Source: Flavobacteriales bacterium
GTDB lineage: Bacteria > Bacteroidota > Bacteroidia > Flavobacteriales_F > PHOS-HE28
Direction of reading: 5' to 3'
DNA: 64,000 nucleotides
Assembly: GCA_020635655.1 (NCBI GenBank)
Contig: JACJZI010000014.1
Span: 622-64,621, forward strand
The notes beneath the pieces are model-generated. The model did no database searches. It was not told the DNA's origin and worked only from the letters and a program-made list of their open reading frames with translations. A program made the position numbers and the translations under genes. Below, piece by piece: positions 1-9,285 of this stretch (within the stretch, counting starts at the first letter, position 1; every line of letters starts with the position of its first letter).

Positions 1-1
1 C

Positions 2-181
2 ACGCCCGAAGTGATCGGCGCGCGACTGGCGGATCGCTCGGATGGCCAGGAGCTTTCCAGGTCCGTCAGTGACCTGATCGCCACCTGCGAGATGGCCCGG
101 TACGCACCGATCGAGGGACGGCCGCGCAAGGACCTCTATGACGAAGCCGTGCGGTCGATCCGCCAGATCGAAAATGCGTGA
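2..181 (+). CDS. 3-prime end of a BatD-like (aerotolerance operon) protein, truncated by the window edge
   Basis: Frame +2 is open from the window edge to TGA at 179-181. It is not in the ORF track because it is short and has no Met. Translation ends ...SVSDLIATCEMARYAPIEGRPRKDLYDEAVRSIRQIENA and stops 3 nt before the ATG of a TPR+SH3 BatE-like gene. The family call comes from remembered BatD C-termini and gene order only. Confidence 0.4.
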   Translation, partial: TPEVIGARLADRSDGQELSRSVSDLIATCEMARYAPIEGRPRKDLYDEAVRSIRQIENA

Positions 182-184
182 ACC

Positions 185-952
185 ATGAGAGGTCTTTCCG
201 CATCCCTCCTGCTCTTCTGCATGGCCCTGCCGTTCGGATCGAACGCGATGGAGCGGACCGAGGCGGACAGCATGATCGCCCGCGCCCAGAGGGCCTATTC
301 CGCCGGTGACCAGGATCAGGCGCTTTCACTTTATGATTCGGTGAACACGCGATTCACTTCGGCGGGGCTGCTCTACGACATCGGGAATTGCCATTTCAAA
401 CGCAACGATATCCCCCACGCCATCCTCTACTATGAAAGGGCACTGCTGTTGGAGCCGGGTGCGGAGGACATCCGTTCGAACCTCGATCTGGCAAGGCAGC
501 AGACGCTGGACCGCGTGAACGAACTTCCGGGGTTCCAACTGGGCGGCGACTGGGAACGCTGGCGCGGCGGTCGCGATGTCGACCAATGGGCGCGTCGATC
601 GCTCTGGGCATGGGCCATCGCCATGCTCTTACTGGGCCTCTCGATGCCGACCGCGGGCCTGTTCCTGAAGCGTTTCCTCCAGGTGTTGGCGGGCATCGCC
701 GCAGTGGGTGCCGTTTCCGCTGTTCTTCTCGCCTCCGCACGCACGCGGGAGGTGCGTCATCCGGACGGGGCCATCGTAATGGCACCACGTATCGACGTGA
801 CCAGTGAGCCCCGTGATGGGTCCACGGCGCTGTTCCTCCTGCACGCCGGGACGAAGGTCACGGTGCGCAAGGAGGAGGCCGGTTGGGCCGAGGTGGCCCT
901 GGCGAACGGAAATGTCGGCTGGATGCCGATGCGGGCGATCGAACGGATCTGA
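185..952 (+). CDS. batE: BatE-like protein: signal peptide, TPR repeats, transmembrane (TM) segment, C-terminal SH3-like domain
   Basis: 255-aa ORF. The N-terminus MRGLSASLLLFCMALPFGSNA is signal-like. TPR-like helices follow (AQRAYSAGDQDQALSLYD..., GNCHFKRNDIPHAILYYERALLLEPG). There is a hydrophobic TM stretch (LWAWAIAMLLLGL...AAVGAVSAVLLA). The C-terminal SH3-like end reads AGTKVTVRKEEAGWAEVALANGNVGWMP. Confidence 0.65.
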   Translation: MRGLSASLLLFCMALPFGSNAMERTEADSMIARAQRAYSAGDQDQALSLYDSVNTRFTSAGLLYDIGNCHFKRNDIPHAILYYERALLLEPGAEDIRSNLDLARQQTLDRVNELPGFQLGGDWERWRGGRDVDQWARRSLWAWAIAMLLLGLSMPTAGLFLKRFLQVLAGIAAVGAVSAVLLASARTREVRHPDGAIVMAPRIDVTSEPRDGSTALFLLHAGTKVTVRKEEAGWAEVALANGNVGWMPMRAIERI

Positions 953-960
953 GCATCGGG

Positions 961-3900
961 TCAAGGCAGTTGTTCGGTCCGAACACCTGTTGGGAGCGCA
1001 CCCCCGATGTTGCTCAGGATGATGTCGCGGTCGTTCGACGCACCGGTGTATTTCACCCGGCCGTCCAGATTCACATCCTCCTGATGGTAGCCGATCACGA
1101 AGCTCGTGGGCACGGAGGAGCCCAGTGTCAGCAGGATGGGGTCACGGTCGTTCTGGCTTCCCGCGTACCGCAGAACGGGATCATTGATCGCATTCCCCGC
1201 CCAAAGCATCCGTATCCCGTTCCGCACCTTCAGGGCATCGGTGCCATACATGTTCAGGCTGCCATCGGTCAGGTCGAAGCTGGAACCATTGACCGGGGTG
1301 GCGGTCATTGTACCAAGATGATTGCGGTGACGCACGCAGAGATGGTATCCGGCCGGGTCCATACCCAGGTCCAACGCCCCACCATCAGGCAGGATGACCT
1401 CGCCGTTGGCGCGGAGCAGGCATGCCCTGCTCGCCACCACGGTGTAGGCCGCATCCGCGGCACGCAGTTGCACGAGCACCCAGTCCACGACGGCCAGACC
1501 ACCGGTCGCAGCAAGCAGGGAGGGCTGGAGCGTCGCACCCGGATCGTCCACGGCATATCCCAGCGCGGAATAGGGTTCCGTGATCGGGATGAGCCCCTGC
1601 GCCCGCAGATCATCGCGCATCGACCCGGTGTTCGTATCATATGGTCCGTCGAGCATCATCTTGAGCGTGAACGGATGCCCACCTCCGGTCGGCGCGCATT
1701 CGCCCGGATCCAGCCGTTCAAGCACCAATGAAGCGTAGGGGGCCAATTCGACCGTCCCGCTGTAAATGGTCCCGAACGGATCCCGGTAGCAGCTGGCAAG
1801 CGGGAACTGCTGCGAGGTCGGATGGTCGTTCACGAGCAGGATGACGCGCTGTGCGGGTGGATCATCGGTCACGGAAACGCGGCGCATGCCGACATTGTCG
1901 ATGTAATAGTGCGGGTCATTGATGGTCTGGTAGATGAACGGTCGCGCATTGTCGCTGATGGTGCTGTTGAAGACATAGCTGACATCGCGACGTGTCGGGC
2001 CGATGGGGAAATACCGATCGAAAGTGAACGGGTCGTTCCATCCCTGTGCATCACCCTTGAGCCCGATCCGCAGTTCGCCGGGTGCGTCCGAACGAAGACT
2101 GAACTGCACCTCGTACCATTGACCGGCCGTCACGGACGTTGTGGATACGGGCTCGACCCGCATGAGCGGATAGGTGTTGGTGTTCAGGTAGGTCACCTCC
2201 ATGCAGTTCCCGTCCAATTGGCCGGCGGTGGTCTGCAGGGTGCATTCCGATGGCCAGAACTGCCATCCGTTGACATTGTTGTCGAACGTACCGTTCGTGA
2301 TCTGCTCCGCGCCGGTGTACGCGGCCACCAACTTCGGCGACCGCCGTCGCTCGGTGCTTACGGACCCCTGGTCCTTGTTCATCTCCTGGCGCCAATCATC
2401 CAGTGCGTACCTGTAAGGCTTGTTGCCACTGTATGCATCGATGATCTGTATGCTCTGGGCATTGTAAGGATTGAAATAGGCATTGTTGTCGAACGTGCCA
2501 TAGTCCGTCCAGGCGGCGGTGTAGACCTGATACAATTGAAGACAAGGTTGGTCCTCGTTCAAGGAGGCAAGAATGTTCCCGGTGAAGACATCATCGAAGG
2601 TGGGCATGTAGTACGGATAGGTGGCACCGGCACCCATGTTGTTGCTGAAGTCGCTGAAGAGGATCTGGTGGCCGCAGTTGTAGACCGTGTTGTTGGTGAT
2701 CCGGTTGCCGGAATTCAGCAGCGTGTGGTCCACATAGATCCCCACGTTCGGGCAATCGCTCACGGTGTTGCCGTTCACCAGGGTGTTCTTCACTTCGTGG
2801 TTGCCGAAATAGATGCCCATCGACAGGCTGGCGTAGCTGTTGTGCCGCGTGGCGGCACTCTCCAGGTTGCCGATGACGTTCATCACGATGTTGCCGTCAA
2901 CGGTCATCCCGTCCGCATAGTCGAAGGCGATGCCGCCGCCATCGTTCAGGAGCGCAAGGATGTTGGTGAGCACGTTGTGCTGGATGAACGCGTTGGAATT
3001 GGCGCTGATCCCGATGTACCCCACTTCATCGAGCCGGTTACCGACGATGCGGTCGTCCTCCCCCTGTGACCGGATGCCCATGTAGCCCCAGATATCCTGC
3101 CCCGACCCGGCCACCATGCCGATGTTGCTCAGGGTATTGTCCTCGATCCATGTGCCGGTATCGAACGCGTTTATGCCAGTGTCATAGATCTCGTGGATGT
3201 CATTGTTGAGGTACCGGCAGTCGGTGCCGATGCTGTTGATCCCGGTAAAGGCCTGTTCCAACTCGCAGTTCTGCACCACGACATGGCTCGAACTGGACGT
3301 TGTCACGCAGGCGAAGGTCTGGTGCCTGAAGGCCAGGTCCTGGATGGTGATGTAGCTCTTCTGCCAACCCGCCTTGATCCCCCGTTCGGTCACGGCCACT
3401 TCCATGGTCTGGGAATTGGGGTCCACACCGTTCAGCGGCACGATGAACAGCTTTCGTTGGGCCTCGTCGTAGAACCATTCACCCGGCATGTTCAGCGCCG
3501 TCATCCGGCCCTGCAGGAAGAAACCCCAATCCAGGTCGGCCAGGTCGTGTGAGATGGAATTGTAGGTGAGCGTATTGCCGGTCTGTGCCGTGATATCGGC
3601 CACGTCATAGGACCACATCGTACCGCGGATCACCGCCTGTCCACCGGCCCAGGTGCCCGATGGATCGGTGATGTCGTAGCTCATCAGTGTGGTCGCATTG
3701 CCCGTGGCACACCGATACCAACCGGTATCCGGGGTCCGGGCAAGTGTCATCCGCTGCCCGCTCTGAAAGACGTACTTCGGGGTGGTGTTCAGCGGAGCGC
3801 TCCAAATGCCGCCTCCCAGGTTCGTCCAACCGTTCACCGTTATGCTGCCACTGATGACCGGCGCCGCGCCGGTCCCGTATGCACCAAAGACGAGCGGAGC

Positions 3901-4152
3901 GCCGGACGCTCCGCTGTTGTTCACGGAGAAGGAGCCCCTGTAGACCCCTCCTCTCTGGAACAATACCTGATCGCCGGGCGCCATTCCGTAGGTGGCCTGC
4001 TCCACCCTTGCCAGGGTCGACCATGCCGTGCTCGGAGAGGTCCCGGTGTTGGCATCATTGCCATTGGGCGCCACATAGTATACCGTGGCATCGGCACCCC
4101 GCCATCCAAGAAGGAGCAGGGCGCATAGAACATGGTGAAAGGTGCGTTCCAT
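961..4152 (-). CDS. Large secreted right-handed beta-helix (pectate-lyase-fold) protein with a CBM-like middle region and an unusual C-terminal domain that is not a T9SS sorting domain
   Basis: 1063-aa ORF. Signal peptide MERTFHHVLCALLLLGWRGADA is followed by the typical beta-helix opening YYVAPNGNDANTGTSPSTAW. Repeated N/G/I-rich turns follow (NNDIHEIYDTGINAF, GNRLDEVGYIGISANSNAFIQHNVLTN, VNGNTVSDCPNVGIYVD). The last ~238 aa are described under findings. The plus-strand ORFs at 883-1731 and 1822-3069 are antisense shadows. Confidence 0.8.
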   Translation of the reverse strand: MERTFHHVLCALLLLGWRGADATVYYVAPNGNDANTGTSPSTAWSTLARVEQATYGMAPGDQVLFQRGGVYRGSFSVNNSGASGAPLVFGAYGTGAAPVISGSITVNGWTNLGGGIWSAPLNTTPKYVFQSGQRMTLARTPDTGWYRCATGNATTLMSYDITDPSGTWAGGQAVIRGTMWSYDVADITAQTGNTLTYNSISHDLADLDWGFFLQGRMTALNMPGEWFYDEAQRKLFIVPLNGVDPNSQTMEVAVTERGIKAGWQKSYITIQDLAFRHQTFACVTTSSSSHVVVQNCELEQAFTGINSIGTDCRYLNNDIHEIYDTGINAFDTGTWIEDNTLSNIGMVAGSGQDIWGYMGIRSQGEDDRIVGNRLDEVGYIGISANSNAFIQHNVLTNILALLNDGGGIAFDYADGMTVDGNIVMNVIGNLESAATRHNSYASLSMGIYFGNHEVKNTLVNGNTVSDCPNVGIYVDHTLLNSGNRITNNTVYNCGHQILFSDFSNNMGAGATYPYYMPTFDDVFTGNILASLNEDQPCLQLYQVYTAAWTDYGTFDNNAYFNPYNAQSIQIIDAYSGNKPYRYALDDWRQEMNKDQGSVSTERRRSPKLVAAYTGAEQITNGTFDNNVNGWQFWPSECTLQTTAGQLDGNCMEVTYLNTNTYPLMRVEPVSTTSVTAGQWYEVQFSLRSDAPGELRIGLKGDAQGWNDPFTFDRYFPIGPTRRDVSYVFNSTISDNARPFIYQTINDPHYYIDNVGMRRVSVTDDPPAQRVILLVNDHPTSQQFPLASCYRDPFGTIYSGTVELAPYASLVLERLDPGECAPTGGGHPFTLKMMLDGPYDTNTGSMRDDLRAQGLIPITEPYSALGYAVDDPGATLQPSLLAATGGLAVVDWVLVQLRAADAAYTVVASRACLLRANGEVILPDGGALDLGMDPAGYHLCVRHRNHLGTMTATPVNGSSFDLTDGSLNMYGTDALKVRNGIRMLWAGNAINDPVLRYAGSQNDRDPILLTLGSSVPTSFVIGYHQEDVNLDGRVKYTGASNDRDIILSNIGGALPTGVRTEQLP

Positions 4153-4385
4153 CGTGAGGTTTTGCAGGGTTCAAGCGAACTCCACAAAACTGGTGGACCG
4201 CATGTCCCGTCATGTTCGGAACGGCCCCGTTCCTCCTCACAATTCGACAGGGATCGGACTTGTCCCGACCGAAGTGTCGATCCAAGCAACCAAAAATGCC
4301 CGTCCTGAACGATGGTCCCACGGGCAAGGAACGGTCATCAACAATTCCGTCGACGGTCCAGGTCGTTCCGTCGAACACCCCTTCG

Positions 4386-4459
4386 CGATCCCGACAGGAT
4401 TCGAACCTGTGACCGTCTGCTTAGAAGGCAGATGCTCTATCCAACTGAGCTACGGGACC
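4386..4459 (-). tRNA. tRNA-Arg (anticodon TCT)
   Basis: The reverse complement reads GGTCCCGTAGCTCAGTTGGATAGAGCATCTGCCTTCTAAGCAGACGGTCACAGGTTCGAATCCTGTCGGGATCG. The acceptor stem GGTCCCG/CGGGATC has one G-U pair. Anticodon stem is TCTGC/GCAGA with loop CT-TCT-AA. T arm is ACAGG-TTCGAAT-CCTGT. Confidence 0.9.
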
Positions 4460-4466
4460 GTTCGGG

Positions 4467-4474
4467 CAAAGGTA
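4467..4474 (-). promoter_or_regulatory. Bacteroidota-type -7 box (TAccTTTG on the minus strand) for tRNA-Arg
   Basis: The plus strand reads CAAAGGTA, an exact match to TAnnTTTG on the minus strand. It lies 8 nt upstream of the tRNA 5-prime end. Confidence 0.35.
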
Positions 4475-4602
4475 GCGGGGATGGGGGTTGGGGTCCGAAG
4501 GACCGAGTTCAACGTTCGGCGGAGAACGGTGGATCAAAAGGATCGATGACCGGTGATCGCGGTAGGCCGCCGACGCACCTGTTCGACCGTACATTCAACG
4601 CG

Positions 4603-5628
4603 ATGGATTCCCTCACGCACATCGCCATCGGTGCCTGCATTGGCGAGCTCTTCCTGGGCAGAGAGCTAGGACGCAAGGCCCTGTTGTGGGGCGCATTGGC
4701 ACAGAGCATTCCGGATATCGACGTGGTGAGCGCTCTGTGGACCGGTCCTGCCGAGCAGCTCCTCGCCCATCGGGGCTTCACCCATTCGCTATTGTTCGCT
4801 GCACTGATCACACCGTTCATGGCTTTGATCGCCCATCGATGGCATCGGGCGCAGGACGTCCGCTATTCGCGGTTCGTCCTGTTCTTCGGTACGGAGGTCT
4901 TTCTGCACATCGGCCTGGATGCCCTGAACAATTATGGCACGGGGTGGTTCGAGCCGTTCTCACATCTCCGGGTGATGTTCAATGTGATCTATGTGGCGGA
5001 CCCCTTCTTCGCGATCGCCCCTGGTCTGGCGCTCCTGGTATTGCTCGTGAAGCGGTGGCGGCGGCGGTGGCGGATGTTGGCACCCGGCAGCGCCCTCCTG
5101 CTCAGCGGGCTCTACCTGCTGTGGTGCTTTTCGAACAAGGTCCACATGGACCGTGAGGTTCGTGCGATGCTTGACCGGCAGGACATCATGTATGACCGTC
5201 TGCTGGTCACACCGACCCCGCTCAACAACTGGTTGTGGTATATCGTCGCCGTGGACGATACACTATGCCATGTCGGGTTCCGCTCGGTGTTCGATCGGAC
5301 CGATACGTTGTCCGTTCGGTCGTTCGCCCGGGGGCGACAACTGCTTGGACCCCTCACATCCGCTCCCGAGGTCCGCACCCTGCTGCGGTTCTCCCAGGGA
5401 TATGACATGGTCCAACGTCAGGGCGACGCGCTCATCCTGAACGACCTGCGCTTTGGCCAGATCATGGGCTGGCAGGACCCGAAGGCCCCGTTCGTGTTCC
5501 GATGGTCCCTGACCGGCGAACCCGATAGGCTGGCCGTCCAGAGAGGTCGGCTCAGCGGATGGGGCCTGGATGCGGTCCGTTCCTTCATCGCGCGCATACG
5601 CGGTGATCAAGCACGTCCGCGTCGGTAA
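4603..5628 (+). CDS. Membrane-bound metal-dependent hydrolase, YdjM/DUF457-like
   Basis: The track ORF 4312-5628 runs through the tRNA-Arg gene, so I start at ATG 4603. The N-terminus MDSLTHIAIGACIGELFLGRELGRKALLWGALAQSIPDIDVV...HRGFTHSLLF is typical of this family, and several TM helices follow. Confidence 0.7.
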   Translation: MDSLTHIAIGACIGELFLGRELGRKALLWGALAQSIPDIDVVSALWTGPAEQLLAHRGFTHSLLFAALITPFMALIAHRWHRAQDVRYSRFVLFFGTEVFLHIGLDALNNYGTGWFEPFSHLRVMFNVIYVADPFFAIAPGLALLVLLVKRWRRRWRMLAPGSALLLSGLYLLWCFSNKVHMDREVRAMLDRQDIMYDRLLVTPTPLNNWLWYIVAVDDTLCHVGFRSVFDRTDTLSVRSFARGRQLLGPLTSAPEVRTLLRFSQGYDMVQRQGDALILNDLRFGQIMGWQDPKAPFVFRWSLTGEPDRLAVQRGRLSGWGLDAVRSFIARIRGDQARPRR

Positions 5629-6791
5629 CGCACGGTCATCAGGGCGAGCAACGCACGTGCCACAAGGTAAGCCAGCCATTGTGCGGCGTGCACCCATGGG
5701 CGCTCATGTGTCACCTCGTCCAGGGTCACCTTCCTGCATTGGTGCGCGATCACATCGTGCAACTCGGCCGACAACGCATGGCCCACGGTCGGATCATCGA
5801 TGTCCACGTTCAGTTCGATCGATGCGTATGCGCTCAGCCGATTCACATTGAACGAGCCCACGGTGCACCAACGGCCATCCCGTACCGCGGTCTTGGCGTG
5901 CAGCACGGTGGGCAGGTATTCGTACAAACGGACCCCGTCCTTCAACAGACGGCGGTAGAGGTACCGCTCGGCATGCTTGCTCAACCAGACATCGCTGGTG
6001 CCCGCCAGCACCACGTGCACCGCCACGCCGCGATCCACAGCAAGCCGCATCCAAGCCTGTACGCCCCGCCCAGGCAGGAAATAGCTGCCCATGAGGCCGA
6101 CTTCGCTTCTCGCGTCCCTGAACAGCGACCGGTAGCTTGCGATGATCTCCGAACGTCCTCTGATCCGGTCGTTCCGCCGCACACGAACAGGACAATGAGA
6201 AGCCTCGCCCAATGAAGCGATGGCGCGAACGCGGCTATCCGGACCGGGAAGCACGCAGCGGGATGCCAGGCCGCGCACGACTCCCCGGTTCCATATCCGG
6301 GCACAAACGCGTGCCAGTTCCCAGGCGGCCTCACCCTCGATCTCTACGGCCATGTCCCGCCAGGCCGGCGCACCGGGCAGATCATTGTATCGGTCCGCCA
6401 CATTCCTGCCGGTGACAAAGGCCAGCCGGTGATCAATGGTGCACACCTTGTGGTGCAGCCTTCGACCGAAACGGAACCTCGGTGTCCGCCAGATCGGCTG
6501 GAAATAGTACAAATGTCCACCTGCCGCTCGGAGATCATCCACGAGATCCTTGTTCACCGCGTCGGAACCGAAAGCATCCAGCAGGACATGCACGGCCACA
6601 CCACGCCGCGCGGCGCGGACCAGTGCATCACCCACCCTGTCTCCCGTGGTGTCGGCGGCGAAGATGTAGACCTGGAGATGGACGACCTGCTCGGCCTGGT
6701 CGATGCGTGCGGTCAGACGATCGAAGTATGCCGCACCGCCCGTGATCCACTGCACCCGGTTGTGTACGCCATATGCTCCACGGTCGGCCAT
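5607..6791 (-). CDS. Phospholipase D family protein, cardiolipin-synthase (ClsB)-like, with two HKD motifs
   Basis: The two HKD motifs are LHHKVCTIDHRLAFVTGRNV and VLHAKTAVRDGRWCTVGSFNVN. I chose the start at MADRGAYGVHNRVQWITGG (ATG at 6791), because the longer track ORF to 6926 overlaps the next gene's start region. A hydrophobic C-terminal helix is present (AAQWLAYLVARALLALM). The 3-prime ends overlap convergently with the previous gene by 22 nt. Confidence 0.8.
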   Translation of the reverse strand: MADRGAYGVHNRVQWITGGAAYFDRLTARIDQAEQVVHLQVYIFAADTTGDRVGDALVRAARRGVAVHVLLDAFGSDAVNKDLVDDLRAAGGHLYYFQPIWRTPRFRFGRRLHHKVCTIDHRLAFVTGRNVADRYNDLPGAPAWRDMAVEIEGEAAWELARVCARIWNRGVVRGLASRCVLPGPDSRVRAIASLGEASHCPVRVRRNDRIRGRSEIIASYRSLFRDARSEVGLMGSYFLPGRGVQAWMRLAVDRGVAVHVVLAGTSDVWLSKHAERYLYRRLLKDGVRLYEYLPTVLHAKTAVRDGRWCTVGSFNVNRLSAYASIELNVDIDDPTVGHALSAELHDVIAHQCRKVTLDEVTHERPWVHAAQWLAYLVARALLALMTVRYRRGRA

Positions 6792-6920
6792 TCCGCGCGA
6801 AGATCGCTCCTTCAGGTGGACGCGACATGGTCGACGAACGCCCTGATCCACCAACCCAAGACTTGATGCGGTTCGACGAATTGCGATATATTGGGTCCTT
6901 CCCGATCCATTCAACCCGCC

Positions 6921-9221
6921 ATGCACCTGAGAACGCTACCCGCTCTTCCGCTCCTGCTCTGCACTTTGAACACTGGTGCCCAGGTCACCATCACGGACGA
7001 CGAAATGCCGCACGCTGGCGATCAGCTGGTCCGAACGCGTGCCTTCCTCAACCCGTTCCTCGATCTGGCAACGACCGGTCCCGCGCAGATGTGGGACTAC
7101 AGTGGACTTTCCGCGAACACCCAGGAATTTTCGGACCAGCTCGATGTAAGCTCCACGAACCTGGTCTACGCCCTGGTCTATGCGAACGTGTTCTTCAATC
7201 CCAATCGCGCCAATGTCGCCACCGAAGGTGTGGACATCCCGTTCTATCAGTTGCTGCCCATCACGGACCCCTACACCTTCTTCTTTCGCAGCTCCAGTGA
7301 ATACAAGAAGGTCGGTTTCGGCGCGCAGATCGCAGGGATCCCCGCACCCATCATCTTCGACGAGAAGGACGTGATCTATGAGCTGCCGATCGACTACGGC
7401 AATATGAGCGACTCCCATTCCGCATGGCAGGTGAGCGTGCCGAACCTGGCGCACTACGGCTACCAGCAGGACCGGCACAACGAGGTCGATGGCTGGGGCA
7501 CGATCAGCACCCCCGCGGGTAATTTTGATGCATTGCGCGTGCGCACCACGCTTCAGGGGCAGGACACGATCGCCATCGATACGCTGAGCCTCGGCTTCAC
7601 CATCGACCGTCCAACCGTACACGAATACAAATGGTTGTCGCCCGGCTATCGGGTGCCGGTGCTTCAAGTGAACACCATGGAATTGTTCGGTTCGGAATTG
7701 ATCACGGACATCTGGTTCTATGATGCACCGCGCGCGATCGAGGTCGTCCAACCGCTCGCACTGTCGCTTTGTCCCGGACAGACGGTCGACGTGCCGTACG
7801 CTGCCACAGGCGCCTACAACACCGGCGGGCTGTTGATCCCCGCGAACCACTTCACCGCCCAACTCTCCGATGCCAATGGTGACTTCACGAACGCCGTGGA
7901 TATCGGGTCGATCACATCGAACATGGACGGGGTGATCAATGCGGTGATCCCGCCCGGTACGGTGTACGGCACGGGGTACCGCATCCGCGTGGTGAGTAAC
8001 AGTCCTGAGGTCATCGGATCGGACAATGGTCTGGACATCACGATCGGTGCGGCACCGGTGGCGGGTATTGCCGCGATGGGGCCAACGACCATCTGCGACG
8101 GTAGCACGGTCATTCTGGAGGCCCAGCCCGCAGTCGGGGTCGATCACCAATGGCGTGTGGACGGGGCCGAGATCCCTGGCGCCACCGACCCCAGCTACAC
8201 GGCCACCGCGGCCGGCGATTACACGGTGGTGATCATGAACGATTGCGGTGCGGACACATCGATGGTCCTGACCGTTCTGGTGAACGACCTGCCTGCGCAC
8301 GCCTTGGATACCACCACGGTCCAGACCTGCGCGGGGGTGGCGGTGCCGATCACGGCGGTCGACCTTACCGGGCAAGCGCCCCTGGACTATCAATGGATGT
8401 TGGATGGTCAGCCCGTGAGCGGCGGCAATGCGATCGGTCTGCTGGCCTCCTCGGAAGGCGTCTACAGCCTCTCGATCACGAACATCATCACCGGATGCAT
8501 GTACGTCACCGATGGTGTTCTGCTGGACGTGGACACCATTGCAGCACCGACGATCATCGCCCAGGACACCACCGCTTTCTGCGAAGGTGCGTCGGTCGGT
8601 CTCATGACCAGCGCAGTCCCCGGTGCCAGCTACCAATGGTCGTTGGACGGCACACCCCTGCCCAATGGAACGACCACCCAGGTGGTGGTCTCTGACGCCG
8701 GTGATTATGCCGTGCAGATCACCGATGGCAATGGCTGTGCCGCCACTTCCGCGCCTGAAACGGTGACGGTGTACCCCTTGCCCCCACAACCGGTGATCAT
8801 CCAATCGGCGGATACGCTGTTCGCATCCGGGCCGGGTCCCTTCCAATGGTACCTGTACGGGTCGGAGATCACCGGAGCCACGGACAGTCTGCTGCTCACC
8901 GGTGCCGCCGGTGAGTACACGGTGACCGTCACCGACACCACTGGTTGCGCCAGCACTTCCGACCCCTACGTGCTGATCAGCACGGGGCTGGTGGGTCAGG
9001 CACAGGACGCGATCTCCGTCCATCCGATCCCATCGGACGGGCGGTTCACGATACGCCAAGCGACCGGCGAATATGTGGTCTATGATGCCATGGGGCGCAT
9101 CGTGCGTACAGGATCGATCACCTCCCTGACCGAGGAACTTGATCTGACCACTGCGGGTTCCGGCACTTATGTGCTGCGTATGCTGGACAACGGGGAGACT
9201 TTCCGACTGGTGGTCCGCTAG
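6921..9221 (+). CDS. T9SS cargo protein with Ig-like modules and a type A C-terminal sorting domain
   Basis: Signal peptide MHLRTLPALPLLLCTLNTGAQV. There are four or five ~70-aa Cys-bracketed modules (...C.G..V.L......YQW..DG..I.GAT...Y.....G.Y.V...D..GC...S). The terminal ~70 aa, ISVHPIPSDGRFTIRQATGEYVVYDAMGRIVRTGSITSLTEELDLTTAGSGTYVLRMLDNGETFRLVVR, match the Por_Secre_tail pattern. The 783-aa minus ORF at 6936-9287 is an antisense shadow. Confidence 0.8.
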   Translation: MHLRTLPALPLLLCTLNTGAQVTITDDEMPHAGDQLVRTRAFLNPFLDLATTGPAQMWDYSGLSANTQEFSDQLDVSSTNLVYALVYANVFFNPNRANVATEGVDIPFYQLLPITDPYTFFFRSSSEYKKVGFGAQIAGIPAPIIFDEKDVIYELPIDYGNMSDSHSAWQVSVPNLAHYGYQQDRHNEVDGWGTISTPAGNFDALRVRTTLQGQDTIAIDTLSLGFTIDRPTVHEYKWLSPGYRVPVLQVNTMELFGSELITDIWFYDAPRAIEVVQPLALSLCPGQTVDVPYAATGAYNTGGLLIPANHFTAQLSDANGDFTNAVDIGSITSNMDGVINAVIPPGTVYGTGYRIRVVSNSPEVIGSDNGLDITIGAAPVAGIAAMGPTTICDGSTVILEAQPAVGVDHQWRVDGAEIPGATDPSYTATAAGDYTVVIMNDCGADTSMVLTVLVNDLPAHALDTTTVQTCAGVAVPITAVDLTGQAPLDYQWMLDGQPVSGGNAIGLLASSEGVYSLSITNIITGCMYVTDGVLLDVDTIAAPTIIAQDTTAFCEGASVGLMTSAVPGASYQWSLDGTPLPNGTTTQVVVSDAGDYAVQITDGNGCAATSAPETVTVYPLPPQPVIIQSADTLFASGPGPFQWYLYGSEITGATDSLLLTGAAGEYTVTVTDTTGCASTSDPYVLISTGLVGQAQDAISVHPIPSDGRFTIRQATGEYVVYDAMGRIVRTGSITSLTEELDLTTAGSGTYVLRMLDNGETFRLVVR

Positions 9222-9263
9222 CCGAGAACAGGAAAGGCCGGTGCTCCCCCCATCCCGAGGATG

Positions 9264-9285
9264 GGTACCGGATGCATCCGGCACC
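9264..9285 (+). terminator. Possible hairpin terminator after the T9SS cargo gene
   Basis: GGTACCGGATGCATCCGGCACC contains the perfect palindrome CCGGATGCATCCGG. A second hairpin, CCCATC-n5-GATGGG, lies just upstream at 9249-9265. There is no clear T-tract, so this is weak. Confidence 0.25.

Noticed and set aside
4386-4459. tRNA genes (Arg at 4386-4459, Ser/Pro at 9464-9701, Met at 43932-44005) as possible integration sites of genomic islands.
   Set aside because: No integrase, recombinase or transposase ORF lies nearby. I noticed no duplicated tRNA 3-prime fragment. Base composition of the flanks looks like the rest of the window.
4312-4602. N-terminal extensions of track ORFs: 4312 (through tRNA-Arg), 9772, 10656, 27889, 36596, 39553, 40806, 46181 and 55693.
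   Set aside because: These extensions overlap tRNA genes or the 3-prime ends of upstream genes, or run through AT-richer non-coding DNA. Internal Met codons give N-termini that match the respective protein families.
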